Under the pieces are notes generated by a model. The model made no database searches. It worked only from the letters and a program-made list of their open reading frames with translations, and had not been told where the DNA came from. DNA of 64,000 nt from Eledone cirrhosa. Lineage: Eukaryota. Position numbers and translations under genes: made by a program. The first letter of the stretch is position 1; the number at the start of each line of letters is the position of its first letter. Positions 42,775-57,160 of this stretch are shown one piece after another. The stretch lies in contig OZ024752.1 of the NCBI GenBank assembly GCA_964016885.1, forward strand, positions 9,982,001 to 10,046,000. The letters are read 5' to 3'.

Positions 42775-42915
42775 AATATTGTTTTGGTCAAAACAATGTC
42801 AACTTTTTGACTGGACTTAATCTCTGCTCTTTGAACTCTGCTATTGGTGATCGATATCACATGTTAATGCGCAGTCTGCAACTGGCAGAGTTTAGCCTCA
42901 CAAGAAGAATATTTA
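42775..42915 (+). mobile_element. RTE LINE 3' end fragment
   Basis: Reverse-complement homolog of 59170-59320. Confidence 0.6.
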
Positions 42916-43532
42916 CTAATCCATTAATACTTTCCTGTTAAACAAACGAATTGTGTTTGTTTTATTAATCAATACTATGCATAATAGTTTCATTTGTATC
43001 ATCACTCAATTAGTTGAAAATATTTCTAACGTTCCACTGTGATATACATTTAAAGTAAAGAAACACTAACTGGCATATGAATTCATTCAAAAGTAAAAAA
43101 CAAACTTTATTTAGTAAGAAAAAGTAAAAAAAAATTGGGAAACAAAACGAAAGAAGGAATAGGGAAATATAGAAAAAAAAGAAAGAAAGAAGAGCTCTTG
43201 TGCGGACAAAACATCACATGCGATGCTCTACCAATTCTCCCAATTAACTCTGAAAGAATAAAAAGCATAGTTGAGCTCAACAGGATTTGAACTCATGCAA
43301 TATTACATTCATAACCCTAAAACGAAAATTTAATTCTGAAGAAATACCCAGATAAGATACACTTAAAAAGGTCATTGTTATACATTCAATATCCCCTCTG
43401 ATACAGGGTATAATGCACTGCCTACATAAGTTGTTATCATGAAAATAATTACAGAGTATAATAGACATGGGGCTTGATTATTATTTATAGGCCACAATGT
43501 TTTGAATATAACTAGAAAAATGTATTGAATAT

Positions 43533-43870
43533 AATCATCATCATCCATTGGCCTCAGCCGAAATGGACACAACAATTGATCTCCACTTGGCTCTGTCGTT
43601 TATTGCCGTTACCAAGTCCTGGATTTCAATGACATCGGGGTAGGAGAGCTTGCTCCCCTGTTATTAGAGACTGCTTGTGGTTTCCAAAGCACTAATTGAG
43701 ACAGCATCATTGGTGGCAAGATGGCAGTGGCCAACAAATTTTACTCTCTTTTTACGTACAACGACAGATAGGTGTGGGAGGCTGGCATATATCTCCCTCA
43801 AAATCAGATGTCACCAGCTTATGTCTGAATGCGTTGAAGCAGGCGAGTTTAGGTGCCATCAAGGTGCTTT
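43533..43870 (-). pseudogene. RTE-clade LINE 3' end (RT C-terminus)
   Basis: Minus strand DGT*TRLL..VKFVGHCH..LSYPDV; (GAT)n tail; homologous to 61998-62340. Confidence 0.7.
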
Positions 43871-44203
43871 TGTTTTTTGGATGAAAGCGGTGATGCTTCA
43901 CTTTCATATAGCAAGATTGAATATGAGAATGGACGTTACTGTAGATAACTTTATCGATAGCGAGTAGATATTACGATAATAAACACAAACAATTAGAGTT
44001 TCATTTTAAAGGAGGAATACAGAAAATACTGACTGGGCTTATAGCTTCCATTTTTAATTCATTCACACGTATTATGTAAGTCATATTATTTCACACCCTC
44101 TCTTTGAAAGTAACGTACCGATGTGTATGCAATCTACAAACACGTGCCAATGTAACGTAATTTTCAGGGAGACAAGGAATGGAAGAATGTGTGACACGGT
44201 TGG

Positions 44204-44316
44204 TCTGAGTTCAAATCCCGCCGAGGTTAACTTTGCTTTTCATCCTTACGGGGTCGATAAAATAAAGTACCAGTAATGTAATGGGTAATTGCTGGCCTTG
44301 TGCCAAATGTAGAAAC

Positions 44317-44322
<6 letters not shown>
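44204..44322 (+). mobile_element. SINE S1, 5'-truncated
   Basis: B box through 3' end present. Confidence 0.85.
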
Positions 44323-44363
<41 letters not shown>

Positions 44364-44814
44364 TGGTAAACGGAATAGAAAATGCTGACAAATTGTTCAC
44401 AGTTGAAAAATGGTTTAATTAGGAATAAAAGAGTATTAGTAATTGTATGGGTTAGTATTCAGTTGTGGTTTTAAATTTTTAAGTTTTTACCGGTTGCGCA
44501 TTTCTAAATGCTTTTCAAAAATAATTTTGAGATAGAGTGTCCGTGTTGTTTTCTCTATATATGTATATATATATAAATATATATGTATATATATAAATTA
44601 TTTATTAAAATAACAGATTAAAGTTGAAGCAAAGAATCGCTGCTTTCCCCGTTAACGAGATCTTCTGAAACAGATCAGACTGAGGATATACTTAGTTTCA
44701 TATATAGTGTTATATATAGGGATGCCAATATGCGCATGTGTTAGTGTGATGTGTCTCTTGTTCATGATGTGCGTATACTGTATATCTTTTCAGCAATTAA
44801 TCGTTTATATAATT

Positions 44815-44915
44815 ACTAATCAAGGTTGGTTGGTAAGAGAAGCAGAGGCCGGCAGCCAAAAAAATGGTTTGACAATGTCAACTTATCGACTGGACTTAAT
44901 CTCTGCTCACGCAAC
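44815..44915 (+). mobile_element. RTE LINE fragment
   Basis: Reads GKRSRGRQPKKWFDNVNL; same family as 59416-59754. Confidence 0.65.
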
Positions 44916-45230
44916 ATTAAAATAATACCAGATACAAATGACACGGAAGAAAACACAGAAATATTTGCTCTAGCGTTCTTATATATTTGATATATATTTA
45001 TCCTTATCGAGCCCTCTTTTGATTTTAGTCTTCACATTTATTACTATATATATATATATATATATGCTTTATATGCTTTATATGCTTTTGTGCATTTGTT
45101 TTGAAATATTCTTGATGTGAAATCATTTATCGAAGCCGATATTGTAACATTTGTGTATGATTATTTTACCAATAAAAAAAAACACTATTCAATTTCCACT
45201 TCAGCCCTACTATTTGTTATTAGTTCGTTG

Positions 45231-45274
45231 GTCAAAGTGCTTTCGTCACATATACCGTGACCTCCTCAATGTAT
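45231..45274 (-). ncRNA. Degenerate hammerhead motif, family E-like
   Basis: Minus strand reads TTGAGGA-g-gtcac ggtatat gtgac-GAAA-gcac-TT-tgac. Confidence 0.35.
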
Positions 45275-45940
45275 CTTTGTTTTCTTCTGTGCCACTTATT
45301 TCAGTCTTATTTTACTGTTGCTTCAATGTTTTATTGGCATCGCTAAATATAATAATATATATGAAACTAAGTATACCCTCAGTCCGATCTGCTCTATACA
45401 CAGAAATTCTTTAGACGGAGATACTCAAAATCACTTTGACATATTGTATTGAGAACATATTTTAAAGGTATATGATGTAATATATTTAGACGAATTTTGA
45501 CTTGAGAATATATAGGGTAGATTAACAAGTAATATCAACCCAAAAGCTAAAATTTCTTAATTGCAATACGGATCTCTTTGATCTGCACAGCGCTGTAAAT
45601 ATGGAAATCTCTTAATTGCTATACCTAACTGTTAATTTTTCCTTCATGTATGATTATCATCGTTAGTCACACTTAAGTTAATTGCACATTCGTGGGTATA
45701 TACAGTTATATACTCCGAGAGATATTACAATATAATTATATATATGTATATTACAAAATACAGAATGTGTACATGGTATATTAATCTTATTTTTTTTTCA
45801 TTTAAATCAATGGAATCGCTTTAGTGTGACAAGCATTGAGATTTATACCAGGTGTTATGCTCCAGTCGTCTTTAGGATCGTGTATGAATTATACAATCTA
45901 ATGTGTTCTCTTATTACGATGCATTAGGGCAGAGGATCGA

Positions 45941-46208
45941 AGAGGCCCGAGGGCTAGTGATAATGGTGTTGCACTTATGATCGTGATGTCATGGGGTTGA
46001 TCATGGGATGCGTGTTGTGTTCTTGAGCAAAACACTTCATTTTACATTGCTCCAGTATACTTAGCTAAAAATGAGTACTAGCAATAGCTGGCGGTTCAAA
46101 CCTGTGATGGACTGTCGTCCTGTCCAGGGGGAAGTCTTGTATTCTCAGTCGTTCCACGCCATGCAACCGGGATAAGCACTGGCCAAATGAGCCTTCTGGC
46201 TTAAGACA
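45941..46208 (+). mobile_element. V-domain tRNA SINE
   Basis: cctgtgatggactgtcgtcctgtccagggg resembles the V-SINE domain; homologous to 55913-56185. Confidence 0.75.
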
Positions 46209-46221
46209 GACTTTAGACTTG

Positions 46222-46439
46222 AAGAGTGGAGGATTGTATAATCAGAGTGTCGGGTATCATGATTTGCAATATAGACTTACTGTCTTTTATGTTCTGAGTT
46301 TAAATCCCACCGAGGTTAGCTTTGCCTTTCATCCTTAAGTGGGTCGATAAAATAGAACACCAATAATGCACTGGGGTCGATTTAATCGACTTTCCTCTCC
46401 CCCAAATTGTTGGCCCTGTGTCTATAGTAGAAATCATTA
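46222..46439 (+). mobile_element. SINE S1, long form
   Basis: Includes the ggggtcgatttaatcgactttcc segment. Confidence 0.85.
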
Positions 46440-47389
46440 AGATGCGTTGTGGTTACTGCGAAAAATATAACAACTAATTCTACAATTTTGAGCAGTTATT
46501 CTGAAACACCTTTGTATATATAATATTGAATAAATCCAGGTATATACTATATGTCGAGGAACTGTACAATGTTCAGATAATTGAAGTGTGAAACATTTAG
46601 TAATTTCCTAGGGTTGCGGATTTTTTACTATAGTTTCAATGTTTATCATGCAATCTAACCACCAACATTGATATGGTCGTGTAGAAGATGTTGAATCAAT
46701 GAGTTTGATTGAAAAACTACGGATTATATGTAAAATTAAATTACTGTTAATTTTAAATTTTCGATAAAAAAAATCACGCTATTAATTTCTAAAATATATC
46801 GTAAAATATTCGTATCTTTCTGCCGAAAAAAGAAAACTCTAGTAACATTGACAAATTTACGCTATATTTTAAATATTCAATATGCAATTTAACCACCATC
46901 TTGGATATGATCGTGTAAAGGATGTTGAAGGTAGATTATATTATCATATAGATGATATTTTATCTGTAAGGAATATCTGAAATGCTTAGGTTGCATATCG
47001 AATGATGTGTGTGCACGAACGTTTGGCTATGAATTTCTCTACTTGTTTTCATCACTGCTGTTGTTTTTAAGCGAGATATGCAATTTTCCTGATGAGTCAT
47101 CATATATTTCAAGAATTATTTTGTATATATTAATACATACCGTATGTATTTGTTATATTTTTTAATACATCGAGGCTGATACTCAAACACAAATACACCC
47201 ACACATACAACTACAGCAACCAGTAATTAAGGACAAAATAAAGGCCTACAGACACTAAAAAAACAAACTAATAAAACAAATCAGACAGAACAAACAACCA
47301 AATAGTGACAAGTAAATAAACACATAAATAAACGCACACAAACACACACACATATGTGTAACGCATGCACAAACCAAGCTCAAAACACA

Positions 47390-47469
47390 TATATATGTGT
47401 GTCTGTGTTTCTGTGCGTGTATATATATATGTGCGTGTGTGTATATATATGTGCGCGTGTGTGTGTGTC

Positions 47470-47500
<31 letters not shown>

Positions 47501-47542
47501 GTGCGTGTGTGTGTGTGTGTGTGAGCGGGTGCTAGTGTGTGC

Positions 47543-47575
<33 letters not shown>

Positions 47576-47690
47576 CGAGTGTGTACGTGTGTGTATATAT
47601 ATGTGCGTGTGTATGGGTATGTGCGTGTGTGTATATATATATATATGTGTGCGTGTGTGTGTGTGTGTGTGAGCGGGTGCTTGTGTGTGC

Positions 47691-47721
<31 letters not shown>

Positions 47722-47886
47722 CGAGTGTGTACGTGTGTGTATATATATGTGCGTGTGTATGGGTATGTGCCTGTGCGTGTGTGTATATATGTGTGCATGT
47801 TTGTGTGTGTAAGCGTGTGCGTGTGTGTGCGTGTGTATATATATGTGCGTGTGTGTGCGCGCGGGTGTATGTGTACCTACGTGTGT
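47390..47886. repeat. (TG)n/(TA)n satellite with higher-order duplication
   Basis: gagcgggtgct..gcgagtgtgtacg..gtatgggtatg block occurs twice. Confidence 0.9.
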
Positions 47887-48039
47887 AGGTTATTAGATAG
47901 TTCGGTAGACAAATAGCTTCATGGAAGTATAGATAGACAGCTATGTCTCCACATTTGTCACATATTCATATATAGGTCTATAAACGCAATTACATGATAA
48001 ATATTCAGAGATAACCTTTATGATAAGGAGAGATTTACA

Positions 48040-49320
48040 ATAGTTTTACAGAAAGGAATGGTATTTTCCTTTATTAAGAATCAAAAGACTTTTGACACGA
48101 TAGATACAATATATCTCAGTCTTTGACAATCTTTATTGAAGTTACTTTTATTAAACGACTGTTGCGTTTTTCCTAGCCAGAAGCGGCCTCAATTGTCTTA
48201 CGTTACGTTCTCTTTGTTTGACAATTTGAATGAATGTTCAATGTTACGTAAAATACAAAGAATGGGTTCTTTACATAATAAACCTATTTGTACGTATCAG
48301 TAACTGTCTATTAAATACAAACGATATATCCATTCACGTTGTTATAAAATCTTCATTGTATTCAAGAAGCAATTTCCGAAAATTTTAACCGGATTTCTTG
48401 AATCGTTTGCCAATGAATGAAAACGTTGGACTGATATCATTCAAGTCAGTTGTAATTTCTTTAAGGTATATTTACACTTTACCTTTCATTACACAATTTC
48501 AAAATATCTATTCAATTAAGTTTCCGATAAGAAATGATATCTTACATCGAAACAAATGTTTAGACACACATATTGAACACATATTTTTAAAATGATATTT
48601 TGTTTCCAAATTCTTTTTAGTGTTTTATCTTAGCAACAGGAAATAAACGATGAACATTTTATTTAAAAAGGCACGAATAGAGATTGAGGAAAAGCACTGT
48701 TGGAACTCGGGGAACAATTGTATATCTTCTGGATTTTTTCTTCCCAATGTTTTTAGAAGCATCTGACACGAACATTATAGAAGAATGTGTCACCTACACA
48801 CATTACTCCATAGCTAGCTCCGTTCCCATCGTCTCTGTAGCTAAACCCATGATTTTATACTCCAGTTTCAACACATAGTTTGTCGATTCATCCGGCGCAG
48901 TACTCATACATTTACACAAGCAGACCCGCCCACCCTCGTACAGAGAAGGTCGACAGCATTTCAGCCCTCTTAACACGTGTCAAGCCTCTACAATTTACCT
49001 TCATTTTACCTCCTCTACCAACCTCGTTTCATTTCAGTATAGGCCGTCTGCTTTTGTTCAAATTCCTTACCAAAGTTAGCAATGAAAGTTCGACCCTGGG
49101 CTCTGTATTTTACAAGATTTGATATTAACCTTGATATTACATGTTTCAATAGAGATACAGTCAATAAATCGGATTCCAATTGGTAGAGCGTTGTATATTT
49201 TAAGAGATCTAAAGACATGACTCACATTAAACGATTCAATAGTCAAGTCGTGTGTATGGGCGCTCTTACCGAACACGTATCTTTACAACTAGAAACATGT
49301 TTTTTCGAAACTCCCAACGA
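48040..49320 (+). pseudogene. Possible highly decayed CR1/L2-type LINE RT fragments
   Basis: Only scattered motifs: KTFDTID (like KAFDxVD) at ~48085 and VRP at ~49088. Confidence 0.3.
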
Positions 49321-50559
49321 ACCAAGCCTATACCTGGGAACACGAAAACCTATTCCACATCAACATTAATACCTCTAATATATTAAATCCTCACATTTCA
49401 AACCTCACATTTGAAACAGACAAGCCTCACTTTTACACTTTCACATACGCGTTTCGATATCCATATATCTAGAGACTATATCATCATAAACATATATTTA
49501 TTGTATGCCGAAAATAAAAAGCATAACACATAGTAAATATTAACAACTATTACTATCATGACAAATCTAATTCACTGACATATGGATTTATATACTTGGT
49601 ATCTTTAAACTCATACATTTCTCATTTTTCAGAGAAATTTCTATTTCTAGAGTATCTATAATATCATTAATTGTAATATTTGCAATTTCAATACTACTAT
49701 TGTAATTTGTATGATGGAAAATGTATCAATATCCTTACAAATTATAATCTATTGTCAACCGTTTCGTAAAGTAATTCCGATGCAAATGTGTAATGCTTTT
49801 TTAATCGTTTCCCTAATGACTCTTTTTCTTATTCTTTTGGAGAATTTCCTTTCCATCGTTTGGTATTTCTAAGCACGTAATTAAATAATCCTTAATCAAC
49901 ATTTACGTAAGCAAATTTCTTTCTGACCATAATGTGCAGTATCATTGCACTACATATTTGCCACTATCGTCCGTGTTACTTAGATAAATTCTGTGAAACT
50001 ATACAGAGATCAAGCATCTAAAAGATCTGTCTATCGGTTGTATACAAAGAAATAATTTGTTAGTTTTGTGAGCAAATCTGTATGGCTTCAGTTATGTAAC
50101 ATTGCAATTACATAGTTTTCATTTGTAATAGCGCAATGTATTTAATCTTTCTATTTTCAGTACAATTGTAATCACATATTGCTAGTATTTGGTCATTTTT
50201 ACAGAAAGTTTAATCATGTATTTTTATATTATCGATTATTATAACGAAAATGTGAATATTCATATTCTATTCCTGGGGCACTCTACTACTAGATCCATTT
50301 CCAATATCGAGGGGGTTAACTCGTTCCTCTTCAAATCCCCAAAGCTGAGAAACCATATCCTAATCCTGAGATTATAGATAAAATTAGAACACAATCAGTC
50401 TCTGCGGTGAACATCCCGAATGAGAAATACCCTGTCTTTAAGTGAAACAACATTTGAGGAAAGTCGCCAGCCTGTCGCAACAGTAGTTTAAACGACGTGA
50501 AGAAATATTTAAAATATATAGAAAACAATAAAAATGATAATAAAAATGTTAAACTGTGT

Positions 50560-50694
50560 AATAATTGTTTCTAACGTTAGGCACAAGGCCAGTAATTAAC
50601 CAGTGTATTACTGGTACTTTATTTTATCGACCCCGTAAGGATGAAAGGCAAGGTTAACCTCGGCGGGATTTGAACTCAGAATGGCAAGGGCCGT
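50560..50694 (-). mobile_element. SINE S1, 5'-truncated
   Basis: B box through 3' end present. Confidence 0.85.
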
Positions 50695-51221
50695 ATGTGA
50701 AATACATAGGCATGCAAACCGCCAAAGCTATGGTGGTTAAAATATGTAATAATTAGAGGAAGAAAACCAATGCAATATATGTATAGACACGGAAATAAAT
50801 TTTCCTTATAGCGAGATCCCAGATGATAAAAACTTACAACTAAAAATCAAATATAAACGAATAGATGACACATTTTTCTGTAGAGTATATAGGTGCCATT
50901 TTTGATGAACGGACCGTGGAATTGCTTTCTGGAGATTTCGGTGAGACCAGAAATGTGGAATGTCCTGACTCAACTTAACTAGTGAGTCCCCAACTCTTTA
51001 CGTATGTTTTATATCATATCTTTTGTTAATCATTGAGTGTTCCATAAAAATTAAGAAACGTATTTATTGCTCCTGGTTTTTCCATCTATCGCTTATATAA
51101 CTTTCTCCCCCTTCATTAAATTTACTTGTCCAATCCTGCATATAAAGAATCCCTTATCTATATAATGTTTATTACATTCTATGTGTTATGACTTGTAGTT
51201 AATATAGAAATCAATATTATT

Positions 51222-51881
51222 ATGGCAGTATCGGTAGAGGGTCAGATGCCATGCTTTGCAGCATAGAGTTACGGCCATTTACAGTCTGAGTTCAAATCCC
51301 GCCGAGGTTAACTTTGCCTTTCATCCTTACGGGGGTCGAGGAAATAAAGCACCAGTCACGCACTGGGGTCGATTTAATAGACTTTCCCCTCCCCCTCTAA
51401 TTACTGGCCATGTGCCTATACTAGAAATCATTATTATAGTTCTGATGCCACAATAAAATGCAGCCAGTAATGACCTAGTGGTAACGTGTTAGACTTACGA
51501 TCATAATGTCATAGGTTTGATTCCTGGACTGGTTTATGTAGAGGGTCGGATGCCATGCTTTGCAGCACAGTTACGGACTGAGTTCAAATCCCGCCGAGGT
51601 TAACTTTGCCTTTCATCCTTACGGGGTCGATAAAATAAAGTACCAGTAACGTACTGGGGTAATTTCTGGCCGTGTGCCAAAAGTAGTAACGTTTATTATT
51701 TTACCAGTATCGGTAGAGGGTCGGACGCCATGCTTTTCAGAGTAGAGTTACGGCCATTTACTATCTGACTTCAAATCCTGCCGAGGTTAACTTTTCCTTT
51801 CATCCTTACGGGGTCGATAAAATAAAGTACCAGTAATATACTGGGATAATAGCTGGCATTTACCAGAAGTAGAACAATTAT
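51222..51881 (+). mobile_element. Three clustered SINE S1 copies
   Basis: 51222-51436 (long form), 51538-51699 and 51705-51881. Confidence 0.9.
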
Positions 51882-52039
51882 TTATAGCCTACTTGCTAGC
51901 GTTCAGTGGTAGCTACATGTATATATTCACATGTAGGTATTCTCATGTATATGTTTCTACATGTAGGTGCATGTTATCTCGTTTTTCAGATATTAATGCA
52001 GCTTTTTAAACATTAAATTTAAAATGAGCGAGGGGGAAA

Positions 52040-52201
52040 ATGATAGAAAGAGAGAGTGAGGAAGAAAGATTGAGAGAGAGAGAGGGGGTGGAGAGAGATA
52101 GAGAGAGGGGGAAGAGGGAGATAGGGAGAGCGGGAGAGAGAGATATACAGAAACGAATGAGAGAAAGAGAGAGGGAGGAAGAGAAAGTCAGAGAGAAAAT
52201 A

Positions 52202-52241
<40 letters not shown>

Positions 52242-52326
52242 AAAGGAAAGACTGAATGAGAGAGAAGAAAGCTAGAAAGGAAAGAGAGAGAGATAGACAG
52301 AAAGATAGTGAGAGAAAGAGAGAGAT
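52040..52326. repeat. GA-rich low-complexity tract
   Basis: Seen directly. Confidence 0.9.
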
Positions 52327-52397
52327 ATGTGTACGTATGTGTGTCCGTTTGAACGTATATGTCTTTGTTAATCACTTTATGTATCTCTCTGCTTGTG

Positions 52398-52399
<2 letters not shown>

Positions 52400-52471
<72 letters not shown>

Positions 52472-52546
52472 TCATATATATATATATATATATATATATT
52501 CATATATATATATATATATTCATATATATATATATATATATATATA

Positions 52547-52588
<42 letters not shown>

Positions 52589-52850
52589 TATATATATATA
52601 TATATATATTCATATATATATATATATATTCATATATATATATATATATTCATATATATATATATATATATATTCATATATATATATATATATATTCATA
52701 TATATATATATATATATATATATTCATATATATATATATATATATTCATATATATATATATATATATATATTCATATATATATATATATATATATATATT
52801 CATATATATATATATATATATATATTCATATATATATATATATATATATA
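52400..52850. repeat. (TA)n satellite punctuated by TTCA
   Basis: Seen directly. Confidence 0.95.
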
Positions 52851-52896
52851 TACAATATATTAACAAATAGAAACTATATTTATAAAACCATATTTA

Positions 52897-52957
52897 TTTC
52901 ATTATACATATTTCAAGGACACCAAAGCAAATTATGGTGCGCTTTCATCAGATAAAA
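52897..52957 (-). ncRNA. Hammerhead ribozyme motif, family C
   Basis: Minus strand reads ttttat-CTGATGA-aagcgcacca..tggtgtcctt-GAAA-tatgta-TA-atgaaa. Confidence 0.75.
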
Positions 52958-53304
52958 TATAATATAGATCAGTTTTAAAAACATACCCTTAAAAAATGCG
53001 ACCATGTCGGTTGGAAGCTCCCGGATAGTGGGGTTATTAATTTTATTATTGGTCTATTATGCAAATTAGTTTCGGAGAGGTTTAAATCCCAGTACATTTA
53101 AATGAAGCCGTTTTATTTTGTTTGTTTTTTTCCCTATTCCAACGGCTTAATTTAAATGTACGGGATTTAAACCTCTCCGACACTAATTTGCATAATAGAC
53201 CAATAATAAAATTAGTAACCCCACTATCCGGGAGCTTCCAACCGACATGGTCGCATTCATTAAGGGTATGTCAATATTTGTTTATAAAACTGATCTATAT
53301 TATA

Positions 53305-53365
53305 TTTTATCTGATGAAAGCGCACCATAATTTGCTTTGGTGTCCTTGAAATATGTATAATGAAA
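53305..53365 (+). ncRNA. Hammerhead ribozyme motif, family C
   Basis: Mirror copy with an intact core. Confidence 0.75.
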
Positions 53366-53517
53366 TAAATATGGTTTTATAAATATAGTTTCCATTTGTT
53401 AATATATTGTATTTTTACTCCAAAATTTTGTTGAGTGCTTTATATCAGTTATAAAAATATTTGCTTGTTGTATCCCAACAAATTAAATATAACTTCTACA
53501 CACACATATATATATAT

Positions 53518-53720
53518 ATAGGAACGAGAAGGATCCCGACGGCTGAGCTCATGCCGTTTCGACGGCTAATTCTGGACTAAAAAAGTCCAAAATTAGCCTT
53601 CGAAACGGCTTGAGCTCAGCCGTCGGGGTCCTACTCGTTCCTATTACCCACTCTACTACCCTAAGTATTGAGTACTTTGGTGCGTTATGGTCCACCTGGT
53701 TCCTTACCACATTTCCTTCG

Positions 53721-53722
<2 letters not shown>
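53518..53722. mobile_element. Foldback cassette, family D
   Basis: Arms 53518-53578 and 53584-53644; ~78-nt extra tail on the right. Confidence 0.8.
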
Positions 53723-53759
<37 letters not shown>

Positions 53760-55066
53760 TATATGTGTGTGTGTGTGTTCATGTATGCATATAAGGAAAC
53801 ATTTGTATATCAGTAACTATTGGTTTTTATTCATACGTTACAGAAAATTAAATTATTGAATGCATCATACCGAAATTAATTCTAAACTTTAGGAAGCCGT
53901 TCACCTACTTAGAAAATATGAACGAAGTCGTTTTATTTTATGATTGCTTGGAATCTTTTATTCTCAAGTAGGATACCCCATAAGAATTGTAATTTCTTAT
54001 ATATAGGAATCGGAGAATTGAAAATGTATGTCTCGATATAGTGAGAGACGTAATGACGGCGCTTTATTGTCATAAATGAATTTAATTCCTAATGGTGACA
54101 TAGTAGGAGATTATTAACTAGATGTCAAAGACAATTTGCATATCTGCTTGAAAGAAGCCATTCCTTGCAATGAAATGTGTATGACTTAAGTATGAAACCT
54201 AAAATACAAAATTATATTTAATGTCATTCGAAATATAAAGACATATCATAAGAAAATAAATACAGGCAATATTAAACAGATGTTTGAACTTTCTTAGTGA
54301 TGCAAACTATTTTATTCATAGAGACAGTCAAACGTAATATGTTTAAAGTTAGAGAAGTAAATCACCATGAAAGTTTCTTATTGTTGTGAGAATTTTGTAT
54401 CTAGAACCATTGTGAATCTATGAATTAATCGTCACAAAACTCAATGATGTGTGATCGTTCGTCTTCATGTCGTAGAATCTCAGCAAGGTGGAAACGTTTC
54501 TATAGTACTATGGTCAAGGCATTTCTCTATTACTCAATAAAATGTAATCGCAAATGTAAAGAACAAAACATCGGGATGCAGATTAACAGATATCGTCTGA
54601 CATGAAATTAATTCTTTTTATATGATCTCACATTGAAAAACATACATTCAATATGGCGACGAAATCTTTCTTGACAGGTGGCATTCACTGAATATTTGTT
54701 TTTATTCAATTCCAAAAGGGACAATACACATGGTGTTGTGTGTGGAAACTATTATGATGGAGTATAAAAAGATTCTAGACTCGGCCTCGAAAAAGATATT
54801 AAAATTGTCTTCAGTATCGATTTTCGTCCGATTATGTTCTGAGATATTAGACGTCGATTGCCGTGATTGACCATGGATTTGTCCAAGGAAAGTTCGTCCT
54901 CAATCAGAACTCTAGGCAACGTGTTTTAAGGAAGATCAGCAGAAGTGTTTGCATGATTGTGTCGCGTTTTTCATGATACAATAGAAAATGAACACGTTAG
55001 AATTAACATGAATGGAACTGTTATTTTTATCTAAAGACATGTTTTTTTCCAATTCCAACCATTCTT

Positions 55067-55102
55067 TCTTCTGATGAAGGACTAGCGTCCGAAACGTTAA
55101 GA
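55067..55102 (+). ncRNA. Minimal hammerhead ribozyme, family F (element ~55020-55187 ending in (CA)n)
   Basis: tctt-CTGATGA-a-ggac tagc gtcc-GAAA-cgtt-aaga; palindromic AACGTT. Confidence 0.7.
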
Positions 55103-55184
55103 CCCTCTTCCTGCAATATCAAGCGTTAACCTAATATAACCCTCTTCCATATACTATACCGATTGTGTTGTTATTTATGTTTAA

Positions 55185-55187
<3 letters not shown>

Positions 55188-55281
<94 letters not shown>

Positions 55282-55350
55282 CACACACGCACGCACACAC
55301 ACACACACACACACACGCGCACACACACATACACATATATATATATATAT
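55188..55350. repeat. (CA)n(TA)n microsatellite
   Basis: Seen directly. Confidence 0.95.
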
Positions 55351-55912
55351 GAAAATAGATTTATAAACGAATGTGTATTGACATCAATTGAAATGCATTA
55401 CGTTAAATTCCACCCCTTAGGCTTCCTCTGAATACAAATCTACATGTATCTATTTATACTGAGTATCATTCTACACTCGCGATTCTATTACTTACCGATA
55501 TTGTTGTTACAGCTAATGAATTTAAATGTATGGTAACTTAAAATAAACTTCATTTAATCATCAAACTACTGAATTATCGAGCTCAACAATCTATTTAACA
55601 CTTCAAATTCTCCTTATACCATCAGATAAATTATTCTGAATAAGTAAGATTGACTTTTAATTAAATTCCCTCCATCAGTAGATCATTCAGGTAATGATTT
55701 AGGTCAGTTATTTTGCTTTTTCTTTGTCAGGTTTTTCTAGAATTCTTCCTCAGAGAACGTTATCACGTTTCTTGTCATTCCAAACACTTTGTTAACTGGA
55801 AATCTCACTACACCTCTTGCTAAATTTGGTTTAATAATGGGTGAATATTTTGTTTTATGATTAATTGATGGTACACTTAATATGCTGTGTTTACATATTT
55901 AACTCTAACGTA

Positions 55913-56185
55913 TGTCTTAAGCCAGAAGGCTCATTTGCCCTGCGTGTATCCCTGTTTCATGGCGTGAAGCGACTGAGAGTACAAGACTCCCGTCCCCTTG
56001 GACAGGACGCCAGTCCATCGCAGGGTTAAACCTCCAGCTATTGCTGGTACTCATTTTCAGCTGAGTATACTGGAGCAACGTGAAATTAATTGTTTTGCTC
56101 AAGAACACAACACGCAACCCAGGAATCTAGCCCATGATATTACGATCGTAAGTGCAACACCTTTACCACTAGGCCACGTGCCTCC
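55913..56185 (-). mobile_element. V-domain tRNA SINE
   Basis: Minus-strand head ggcacgtggcctagtggtaaag; V-domain-like cctgcgatggactggcgtcctgtccaagggg. Confidence 0.8.
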
Positions 56186-56937
56186 GCGTTTACGTATTTA
56201 TAGAGTTCCAAATGCAAAATATATTCGTGCAGTTTGTCGTCTGGTTAAGTTTCGCATACTAAATATTTATTTAATTCAGGAACGAGATAAAATGTTGCAT
56301 TAGTCAGAATTGTTTAACAGCGCAGTGTTCAATATAAACACGACATATTTAATGTAATTATATAAATATATATAAATGACTAAGCATAAATATATCTATA
56401 GAAATGTCAGGATATTGTGTATATATTGAAGCTTCAGTTGAATTCTATGTATCAACGTACTAGATTAGTATATGCAGCACAAATGTATTTACTACTATAT
56501 ATATATATATGTAAATATTGTTGCATTATTTTACGATATAATAGACAGAGTTTTTCATTCTTCGTTGCGAGCGCATAATGTTTTTTCTGCTTCATGTATT
56601 AAACAAACAATCTGATGAAAATATGAATATGGCGAATAAATCAGGCTTAGGAAGATGAAGGAACTATATATGGCAAAGCAATGAATGAGTCAGTAATAGA
56701 CCACTGACACCATCATACATATAACATGTTCTAGATTGATGTAAGACTATATGATTCAAATATAGATAATCTTGTGACTGATAAATGTGTTTAAGATGAA
56801 CAAATAGTTCTAATTATCGACGACATTAGCATGAAATATATCTACAACAAAATGGAAGGAAAACAGAGTTGATGAAAAAAATGACATCAATCGGCAACAT
56901 TCTGCACGAGAACAATTCTCACTATATTAGGACTGGC

Positions 56938-57160
56938 GAGGGTGGTGGATTGACAGTATCGGGAGAGTATCGGACGCCATGCTTTGCAGCATAGAGTTAC
57001 GGCCCTTTATGATCTGAGTTCAAATTCCGCCGAGGTTAACTTTGCCTTTCATCCTTATGGGGTCGATAAAATAAAGTATCAGTCACGCACTGGAGTCGAT
57101 TTAATCGAATTTCCCCTCCCCAAAATTTCTGGCCTTGTGCCTATATGAGAAACCACTATA
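56938..57160 (+). mobile_element. SINE S1, long form
   Basis: Full head and body present. Confidence 0.9.

Larger units (their letters stand above)
52851..53498. mobile_element. Foldback PLE cassette with two inverted HHRs, family C
   Basis: ~260-bp arms 52851-53112 and 53141-53411; ~87-nt extra tail on the right. Confidence 0.9.
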
